Shown piece by piece: positions 1 through 10,002 of a stretch of DNA of 64,000 bases. The position numbers and the translations under genes are program-made. Source of the stretch: Eledone cirrhosa. Lineage: Eukaryota. The notes beneath the pieces were generated by a model. That model saw nothing but the letters and a program-made list of their open reading frames with translations, was not told where the DNA came from and did not search any database. Within the stretch, counting starts at the first letter, position 1. Every line of letters starts with the position of its first letter. The DNA is taken from contig OZ024744.1 of the NCBI GenBank assembly GCA_964016885.1, forward strand, positions 26,598,001 to 26,662,000, read 5' to 3'.

Positions 1-785
1 ATACATACTTGCTTATATACATACATATATACATATACATGCATACATATATAGATATACATACATACTTATATACATATATGCATACATATATACATAT
101 ATGCATAAATATGTACATACATATATACATATATACATACATACATATATAGAAATATGCATGCATACAAACATACATGCATAAATACGTACATACATAC
201 ATACATAGACATATACATGCATACATACATAAATACATACATACATACGTACATAAACACATACATATATACATACATAAATACTTACATACATACATAC
301 ATAGATACAAACATACATATATACATACATAAATACTTACATACATACATACATACCTACCTACCTACATACATACATACATGCATACATACATACATAC
401 ATACATACATACATACATACATACATAAATACATGCTTATATACATTCATACATATATACTTACATACATATATACATACGTACATACATACATACATAC
501 ATAAATACATACATACATGCATACATACATAAATACATACATATATACATACATACAAATATACTTACATACGTATATGGTGGCTGCCAACTCGTTTTCG
601 AGTTCGGCCACTACTTTATATCCATGTAGGGGAACGCCTACCGATGCGCTGAACGAGTATATAAATACGTACATACATACGTACATACGTATATACATAC
701 ATATATACATACGTACATACATACGTACATACGTATATACATACGTATATACATACGTACATACATACATATATACATAAATATA
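1..785. repeat. (TACA)n/(TA)n compound microsatellite with an ~80-bp unique island at 577-658
   Basis: Direct reading; all ORFs here are YIHT/MYVC low-complexity translations. Confidence 0.95.
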
Positions 786-796
786 TAAAAAAGGAT

Positions 797-836
797 TAAT
801 AAAATTATTGTGTACAGTGCTCAGGTGAACTACTAT
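797..836 (-). mobile_element. Very short 3'-terminal fragment of the CR1-group LINE at 2.1-5.7 kb
   Basis: taataaaattattgtgtacagtgctcaggtgaactac is close to the reverse complement of the LINE 3' end gtagtgtacctgagcactgtacacaatcatttcattatta (5651-5690). Confidence 0.75.
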
Positions 837-839
837 ATG

Positions 840-843
<4 letters not shown>

Positions 844-888
<45 letters not shown>

Positions 889-1017
889 GTGCATATGTGT
901 GTATGTGTGTGTCTGTATACACACACATACATGTGTGTATGTATATACTCACATATTTTCAAATATATATATGTATTTGTTAGTGTTTTTTTGTGTATGT
1001 GTATATGTTTGTCTTTG

Positions 1018-1081
<64 letters not shown>

Positions 1082-1806
1082 TGTGTGGATGTGTATATGC
1101 GTGTGAGTGTGTGCGAGTGTGTGTCTATATGTATGTGTAAATATGTAGTCGCTCTTATATTTACCATAACTTCATTGTTTAGTGACAACTGCACAGAAAA
1201 CAATATGTACGTTTAAATGAGTCAGTCAGTCAATGTGTGTGTTTGTCTGTCAGTATGTATGTGTGTGAGTGTGTAGCTGTTAGTGTGTATCTGTTAGCGT
1301 TTATCTGTGTGTGTGTGTGTGTTTATGTGTGTATGTATATGTGAATGAATGTGTGTCTGTGTGTGTGTGTTTGTGTATATGTGTGTCTTTGTGTGTGTTA
1401 TGTGTGTGTGTGTGTATGTGTGTCTATGTGTGTATGTGTGTATGTGTGTCTTTGTATGTGTGTGTGTTTGTGGGTATGCATCTGTGTGTATATCTCTGTG
1501 TGTGTGTATATGTGTACGCAGGTGTACCTGTGTGCGTGGTAACAGATTGCATAGATTAAACCTTCCAAAACCTTTTAAGTCTTTATGAATTAATTTGAAT
1601 GTCGTTGATTTTCTTTTGTCAACAAGGAATTATTATTCAATGCTAGTTTTTCTAGGTTCCCAAAACTATAAATTAAATTAGATATACGTATACGTATCCA
1701 TATGTGTGTGTATATATGTGTGTATGATTGCATGTATGCATTTATAAACGTATGAGTATTCATGAATATGTACATATATATGCATATATATTATATATAT
1801 ATACAC

Positions 1807-1898
<92 letters not shown>
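844..1898. repeat. (TA)n/(TG)n/(CA)n microsatellite mosaic
   Basis: Direct reading. Confidence 0.9.
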
Positions 1899-1901
<3 letters not shown>

Positions 1902-2124
1902 GTGTGGGATGCTTAAAGCGTCCGTATGCGATAGGCCGTGTGAGTACTCGATGCTCTTACAGTACAGAGTATAATATCACATAAGAAACGGTTCGATGAC
2001 TCAGGTTCGATCATCGCATCGATCTTGCCTCGAGCTTGTCGCCAGAGAAACGATTGTAATATGTCTAATAAATTTTAATTCGTCGAACCACTGATTCTCC
2101 GTTTCTTATGTGATATAATAGTGA

Positions 2125-5100
2125 GTTTGAGGAAATACGGCAAATGATTTCCCCTTTAAGCCGAGAAATAGCAGTAATAAAATCAAGCGTTCATGTAGAA
2201 CCTCACAATGAGGGATCTTACCGGAGTGCCTTGTTAAAAAATCTCCGCGTAACTCTTGTCGGACCTAGACGCATTGAGAATGCCACTGAATCTGCAAACC
2301 ACGAAGTAATTGCCATTGGTGTACCAGAAGACATAGTTGATCTTCAGGCATTTGCTGTCAGTTCATCCAAATACTTGGGCTGTGTTCCTGCAAAGGGTGC
2401 TCTACGCCTTGGCCGACCAGGTCTGACACCCAGGCTAATTAGACTGTCTTTTTCGAACTCAACTTAGGCACGTTCATACCTTTTAGCCTCTGATAAAGCT
2501 AGGTGTGAAAGCTGGATTGCTTTCCGAACACGCCCTGGTCTTCCACCTGATGTCCGCCCAAAGCTGCGTGCTGCAGCTTCCTTAAACTGCAGCTCGGCAG
2601 AACATGAAATCTTCAGCCTACGTGATGATGGGCAGATATGGAAGTTTGTTAAGGCTGGTGGAACATGTAAAAGAGATACCAGCTGGTCTGAAAATACAAT
2701 ACCCACAACAACTGACAATAAAAAAAATTGAAAAACTTCTGGAAAACTAAATCAAAACAACCTGCCATCCCCTGCACATAATCATAGACTGGAATCAAGG
2801 TACACATTGTTGTCCTTGAATGCACGTAGTATATGCAATAAGATTCACCTTTTTTACTCCTACGTCAAAAGTATCAACCCTGACTTCATTACAGTTACGG
2901 AAACTTGGGAACATTCCTTACTCTGTGGTGGGCTTTTCAGCATAACTGACTACAACGTGTTTCATAAAAACCGCAATAATGGTCGTGGTAGTGGTGTAAT
3001 GGTCTACGTTCGGTCAAATTTGTCGGCAATTCCTTGTGTTGATTTGAACCAATCGCAGCAGGAAGTATTTTTCTGCGATATACGTATGACCATGTCAACA
3101 CTTCTTCTTGGTGTTGTTTACCGTCCCCCAAATTACCATCAGGACACTCAACTTTGTGATATCCTCAGAGTTTCTGCCAGGAAAACAGCCACTTATGTTT
3201 TTTTTATTGCAGGGGGCTTCAATCACCCTGAGATTGACTGGGAAACCTTTCGTTTGCCGCCAAGTGCAAATGACTTCCTTGAGCTAGTGCTGGACTCGAA
3301 TTGGTCCCAAGTAGTCACCTCCCCAACAAGAAGTGACAACACTTTGGATCTACACTTCACCACTACTCCTGAAATAGTTATTAGTGTTACTACTGAGGAA
3401 CCTTTAGGTGACTCTGATCATGCTATGATCATTGCCAATCTGTCCCTCATGGGCAGTAACAAAAGCCACAACCATCTCCAAACTACTCACTTTGACTGGA
3501 ATAAAGCAGACTGGAACTGTTACTGCACCGAGTTGCAACGGCCAAACAGGCTTGAGTTTTACGACTCTAGAGATGTCAACACTGTACTCCAGAACATCCT
3601 GAGCTCAATATGGACAGTATGTGCAGCATCGTTGCAACGTAAGCAGAAAAAACACCCCAAAAGTGCAATTTGGGAGACTGCAGCAGTCCGTCATGCCAGA
3701 AAAGAACGACGCAATGCTGAACGTGAGTACAAACTGCATAAATCAGATGTCAATAGGAAGAGGTGAAATTAATCATCCAACCATCTCAAACAGGTCACAA
3801 AAAAGGCAGTGCTTCAATTTGAGCAGCGCATAGCAACCAGCCCTGACAGTAAGGTGTTCTGGAAATATGTTCACTCAAAGCAGAGGCCTCACTCTCCAGT
3901 TGGTCCTCTTTGCAATCCTCACACAGGCCAGGTTACTGACGACCACAACGAATGCGCAGAGCTCATTGCTGAATGCTATGTAGGCATTTTCACTATTGAA
4001 GACCAGAGTGTACCGTCTCCACCACCTATGACAACGGATTCTATTAGAACTATGGAATTTACACCTGCAATGCTGCGATGTCATCTTAAAAATAAACGCA
4101 ACCATTCCTCTCCTGGTCTTGATGGTGTTACGTACCTGCTTCTCAAACGTGGTGGGTACTTCATTCTGCACCAGTTATCACGCTTCTTCCAATTCTATCT
4201 GAACAACGGTGCTACTCCAGAACGGTGGAAAACTGCCAATGTCATTCCTCTGTTCAAAAAGGGTGACCGCACATCACCTGTGAACTATCGTCCAGTCAGT
4301 CTTACTAGCTGCGTTGCCAAACTGATGGAATCCTGTGTCAGAGAAACACTTTGGAACTTCTGGAACTCTCACAGTCTTATCCGGCCCTCGCAATTTGGAT
4401 TTATCTCTAACTCCTGCTGCTGTGATCAACTTATCGAGTTTCTTGAAGACATCACCCGGATCACTGATGGTGGCTTATGGGTGGATGTTGTTTACCTTGA
4501 CTTTGCGAAAGCTTTCAATTCGGTGCCACACAGACTTATGGCAAAACTCTCTGCAATGGGTGTGAAGGATGATCTTTCTTAACTGGTTGAAGTCCTTCAT
4601 TCTCAGTCGAAGCGAGGTAGTCACGGCTCTGGGACGGCATTCCTCACCATATGAGATGTCATCTGGTGTACCACAGGGATCTGTTCTTGGCCCCCTTTTA
4701 TTTGTGGCATATATTAATGACATAGATGCTAACTCAAAGAATGCCACAGTTCTGAACTATGCAGATGACATCAAGCTGTACCTTGAGATAAAAAGGACAG
4801 ATCCTGAACACTATAGATCTTGCCTGCTATCTCACCTGGACACAATGCAACAATGGATGACAGACTGGCAACTCAAGCTAAGTGTGGACAAGTGCACCAC
4901 CATGAATTTTGGGAGTAAAAACCCAGCATCCACATACTCCCTTCACAACACTAATATCAAGAAGTCTTCTTGTGAACATGACCTGGGCATTACAGTCAGC
5001 AGCGATTTGCGTTGGACAAAGCATGTCTCTAAAATTGTCAAGAAGGCGGAGGGTGTCTTAGCATCTCTCAGCAAGACCTTTGTCAGCCGCTCTCCAGCTA

Positions 5101-5685
5101 TCTATTTAAAGCTGTACATAGCTATGGTGAGGCCACACTTAGAATTTGCATCACCAGTCTGGAACCCCTATCTTGCTCAGAACATTGACCGCCTGGAAAC
5201 TGTTCAGAGACGTGCAACCAAGCGAATTCCCTCCATCAGGCATCTACCATACTCTGAATGCCTTGCTTCCCTGGGCATGGATACATTGAAGCTTCGACAT
5301 CTGGCAACTGACTTGGTAAACACCCACAAAATTATTAACCAACAACAACTCTGAGCACCTTTTTGATTTCCATGTGTCTAACACATGGGGGAAGCACAGT
5401 CCCCATGACTTTCGGAAACATTTTTTCACGCTCAGAGTTGCTGAAGCATGGAACAAACTGCCTGCATCAGTTGTTAGCTGTGGAGACACTGCATCCTTCA
5501 AAACCTCCATGTTTCCTGAGATTCGCCAACACTACACCTAATGTTCCCCCTCCATACACATACACACATGTATATCATGACTCATACACTATTCACTTCC
5601 CTGACATTTGTATATTATTCTATGTAATATACATGCACGTTTGACTAGTTGTAGTGTACCTGAGCACTGTACACAATCATTTCAT

Positions 5686-5690
<5 letters not shown>
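2125..5690 (+). mobile_element. CR1/L2-group LINE, decayed: ORF1 remnant, APE endonuclease, RT and 3' UTR ending in (TA)n
   Basis: APE motifs (LNARS, VTETW, GVVYRPP, GGFNHP, DNTLDL, SDH) in 2807-3766; RT motifs (SSPGLDG, NYRPVSLTS, YLDFAKAF, GVPQGSVLGPLLF, YADD) and the CR1-type tail (VRPHLEFASPVWNP, LETVQRRATK) in 3809-5354; 5' boundary approximate. Confidence 0.9.
2807..5500 (+). pseudogene. Frameshifted ORF2 (APE-RT) of CR1-group LINE
   Basis: Three consecutive ORFs (2807-3766, 3809-4582, 4569-5354) are collinear pieces of one ORF2. Confidence 0.88.
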
Positions 5691-5757
<67 letters not shown>

Positions 5758-5825
5758 ACCCAAGAAAATTCAATTGATAAGGTATGATTTCCTTGGCTAT
5801 GTCAAAATTTATAAAACGCTCTTTG

Positions 5826-5887
5826 TATTGTATCTGATGAAAGCGTACCAATGGTTTTGGTACCCTTGAAATATATATAATAGAATA
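5826..5887 (+). ncRNA. Type I hammerhead ribozyme, canonical core
   Basis: tattgtat CTGATGA aagcgtacca-atggttt-tggtaccctt GAAA tatata TA atagaata; stem I 7/8 bp, stem II 9/10 bp, palindromic stem/loop III, AUA cleavage triplet. Confidence 0.85.
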
Positions 5888-5927
5888 AATATGGTTTTAT
5901 AAATATAATTTCCATTTATTTAATATC

Positions 5928-5977
<50 letters not shown>

Positions 5978-5989
5978 TATATATATATA

Positions 5990-6641
5990 AAGAATTAATA
6001 TATCTACCGACATATGTATACAGATGCATACCTACGCTAGCAGATATGTATGTTTTGTTTTAGTAACTTTGTAGTTCTATGCAGGGTTATGCAGAACAAT
6101 TATATGAAAGACGTAAATAAGAAAGTTATGAAAATTGACTTACTAAAATTTCACTCCAACTAATTAGTTTCTGTAAGGGGATAAATACAGTTATGTAATA
6201 CCTGTAGAGAAGCCTTACGTCATCAGGGAGTCTATTCTCAGCTAAGCCACCAGGCAATGCGGGGACACTGGAAGCTTATATAACAATAATTTAGTGGATG
6301 GAAAAAAGCGAAAAAATCGAGCGGGGCTAGATTCTAAGCACTGAAAAATTCGCTGCCTCCTTGGTCAAGTGGCAAATTCAAAAGAATTAATCACGTGACA
6401 CTGAGGTTAACCAGCTTGGAGTGGGGGTGCTATTAAGACAGAGTCTAGCCACTACTATCAGTCACAGCAGTAATTTGGCAAATTTTGCTCAACAAATAAT
6501 TTGGAGTAGAATATAAAGTATTAATATATCTACAGACATATGTATACAGATGCATACCTACGCTAGCAGATATTAGAAACTAATTAGTTGGAGTGAAATT
6601 TTAGTAAGTAAGTCAATTTTCATAACTTTCTTATTTACGTC

Positions 6642-6650
<9 letters not shown>
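5990..6650 (-). mobile_element. Non-coding Penelope-like/retrozyme-like unit with direct and inverted partial repeats, flanked by (TA)n
   Basis: 5994-6047 is repeated directly at 6520-6573; 6101-6171 is repeated inverted at 6575-6650; a hammerhead lies at 6153-6231. Confidence 0.65.
6153..6231 (-). ncRNA. Type I hammerhead ribozyme with extended stem II
   Basis: Minus strand: actcc CTGATGA c gtaagg..32 nt..ccttac a GAAA ctaattag TT ggagt; stem I 5 bp, palindromic stem III actaattagt, GUU triplet. Confidence 0.8.
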
Positions 6651-6681
<31 letters not shown>

Positions 6682-6683
<2 letters not shown>

Positions 6684-8428
6684 CTTTGATAACTTTGATA
6701 GGGTTCGGCCAGTATTGGCCCAGGCCATGTCTAACTTAATAGCACCACCTGGCGAAGTCTTACAAGTCAGTGTTTGGGCACCATGGCCCACTCGAGCAGA
6801 CAGTTATTGTTTACGGAGGCATATCCGGATGTAGGAGGCTTATCCGGGATTTCTTGAAGGAATTTATCCAAAGACTTCTTGAACTTGATGGGGTCTGTCT
6901 CTGCTTTGATGTGTTTTGGTGTAATCTTAAAGAGTGCAGGGCCAATTGAGGTGAAATAATTGTGCCGTATTGTTGTTATGTGATGCGAGTGGGATTTTTG
7001 TCCTGTGCGGATAGCACGGGGCCCAAGCCTTGGGTGTACATTAAAGGTGATGCCAACATCATTTGGGCTAAGCTGATGGAATATTTTCCACATCATACAG
7101 ATAATGTAGCGCTCTCGGCGACGTTGGAGAGAATAAAGTTTGAGCTTTTCTAAACGACCCCAATAGCCAAGGCCTGTCATGCCAACTATCTTTTTTATAA
7201 TTGACCTTTGGGGTGCTTCAAATTTCGTGATACTTTGTTTCGTGTGGGGTGACCACAGTGGACAACAGTATTCAAGGTGGAGTCGGGCAAAAGTGGAGAA
7301 GAGAAAGACAACAGTGTGGATATCTCTCGACTGGAAAGTTCTAAGAATCCAGGAACACATTCTGCGGGCCATATCAACTTTGCTGTTTATATGAGTGGCC
7401 CAGCTTATATTGTTGTCCACAATTACTCCCAGGTCTCTGATGTTATTGGAAGCCACCAGAGTTTCACCCGAAGGAAGAGAGTACGGTAGTTCAGAGCATC
7501 CTTTTTTCCAAAGTGGATTAGTTCAAATTTATCCTCATTCAACAGCATATTATTCATCTCTACCCATTGGATAACAGCCAGTAGGTCTGACTGAAGGCAA
7601 GTCCGGTCACCCACCTCATTGATGACCCTTTGGAGCTTGGAATCATCTGCGAAGATTCTGATGTTGCTGTGCTTGATGATGTCAGTAATGTCATTAATGT
7701 AGATGATGAAAAGAAGTGGGCCCAACACAGTGCCTTGTGGGACGCCACTACTGACTTTGGCAGGGCTTGATTTTACTCCTTCGATTACAACATGCTGGGT
7801 TCTGCCTGTCAGGAAACATTTGATCCACTGTAGTAACCTTCCAGAGACACCAACATTGAATAGTTTTTTCAGTAGAATCTTATGATCAACCCTGTCGAAG
7901 GCCTTGCTGAAATCAGGTAGATGACATCAGTGTTGGAGCCCTCTCCCAAGGCTCTCAAAATATCGTCAAAGTGATGCAGGAGCTGCGTTAGGCAGTCCTT
8001 TCCATTACGGAACCCATGTTGGTTGGAGTTCAGCAGGCCGTTGCTTTCAAGAAAGTGGGTTATTCGTGATCTCACCACCCTCTCAAATACCTTGATAATA
8101 TGAGAGGTGAGTGAGATCGGACGGTAGTTGACTGCAAGGGACTTATTTCTCTTTTTAAAGACTGGGACAACGGACTGGAACAGAAAGTTTTCAGGAATAT
8201 AACCAGTGTCCAGTGAGTTCTTCCACAGATTAGCAAGAGGAGTTGCAAGTCGGTGTCGACAGACCTTCAGGACACAAGCAGGGAACCTGTCGGTGCCTAC
8301 TGCTGAATTGTGTTTAATTTCGTTTATTGCCGCTAAGACATCAGGGGCGCCAAACTTTATGTCTGATATAGTGTGTTGGGGGTTAATATCACTGATACGG
8401 CTCAGATCGGCCATATCAGGGTTGCTGA
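6682..8428 (-). mobile_element. 5'-truncated, frameshifted CR1-group LINE (RT plus C-terminal domain)
   Basis: ORFs 7869-8414, 7423-7728 and 6767-7456: NYRPISLTS, QHGFR, LGPLLF..FADDSKL, RLHLEYCCPLWSP, LQRRRERY; 3' end abuts (TA)n. Confidence 0.88.
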
Positions 8429-8548
8429 TTAACAGATTAAATCTGATTAACAGATTAAAGTTTAAGCAAAGAATCGCTGCTTTCCCCCTTAAATTCTGAT
8501 TCTCTCAGTGTGAAGAAGATACGTAAACAATAATATATATATATTATT

Positions 8549-8550
<2 letters not shown>

Positions 8551-8609
<59 letters not shown>
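8551..8609. repeat. (TAA)n tract, 5' flank of the Dong-like element
   Basis: Direct reading. Confidence 0.95.
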
Positions 8610-8610
<1 letters not shown>

Positions 8611-8775
8611 GGGAAGAAGACGCACGAGGTGACGGAGGTCATGAAATCGCTCCCGTAAGTTTTGAATTTTTAACATATTTAAATCATTTGTGAAATAACA
8701 ACTCTTAGTACAAATGCTACGTAAAGCACCCGGCTTGAGCCCCAAAAAATTCGGACCCAAAATATATTGTTATAA

Positions 8776-9430
8776 GGCTCAAATATTCAAATGTTCAACT
8801 TTGTATTGTACACTGTATATCCAAAAATAAAATGGCTATAAATGGAAGAAGAAGAACCCCCCCCCCCTCCTCTCCTCTGGCTACACTATATAGGACAGCT
8901 AAACTCACCAACACCAGAAACTGGATACACCGCCCACCCCATCATCTGTGTACACTAAACACAACAGCATTTTCACCTTCACCGCCACCGCTCACTACGG
9001 CCATCATTGCCACCGCTGTCCCATCACCGCCGCCACCACCCCCTGACTCCTTCACTGCTGCTGCCACCGCTACAGCACCATCACTACAGTAATACGGCTC
9101 AAATATTCAAATTTGTATTGTACACTGTATATCCAAAAAAAAAAAAAAAAATAAATAAATAAAATAAAATGGCTATAAATGGAAGAAGAAGAACCCCCCC
9201 CCCTCCTCTCCTCTGGCTACACTATATAGGACAGCGAAACTCACCAACACCAGAAACTAGATACACCACCCACCCCATCATCTGTGTACACTAAACACAA
9301 CAGCATTTTCACCTTCACCGCCACCGCTCACTACGGCCATCATTGCCACCGCTGTCCCATCACCGCCGCCACCACCCCCTGACTCCTTCACTGCTGCTGC
9401 CACCGCTACAGCACCATCACTACAGTAATA
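8776..9430. repeat. Tandem duplication of a ~320-335-bp unit
   Basis: ggctcaaatattcaaat...catcactacagtaatacgg occurs at 8777-9097 and again at 9096-9433. Confidence 0.9.
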
Positions 9431-10002
9431 CGGTCGCATCACCGCCACCGCTGCCTCGGTATCGACATCACCGCCACCACTGTCTCAGTATCGCCAACGC
9501 CGCTAGTCTCTGCTGGCTACCACTTCCACATTATAGAACTCCTACTACTAACAAAGAGGAAGGCATCAAAATATATAGATAGACTCAAAAGAAAAAAGAA
9601 AAAACAAACAACAAAAGCAGCACAGCAACAACAGTAAAAAACGAGAAAAACAGAGAAAAACAAAAACAAAAAAAGAAACCCCAAAAACGTAAAGAAAATA
9701 AGAATGAAGAGAGAAGCAGGCGGACGGACAGAGAAGAGGGGGGGAAAAGTAAAACTTAAAAAACAAAAACTAAGTCGGACATTCGAATACTACATTACAA
9801 TGAAACTTATGCTTATTCATTTTTGGGGCCCTTTCTGCCCGTGTGTTTGTTTGTTTATGTGTGTCCGTATACAGCGTGGTGATAATGCCACACAAGGGCC
9901 AAGTGGGATGGCGGATCCACAGATGGCTATGTAAACATACATTCGCCAATCCTCGATAAGAGTGTTTAAATATCGAACATAAACAGTTCGAATAACGGTG
10001 AA

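Noticed and set aside
1-1974. Many MYVC/YIHT/CVCV ORFs here and at 16.1, 20.1, 26.3, 34.4, 37.2 and 60.3 kb
   Set aside because: Translations of microsatellites
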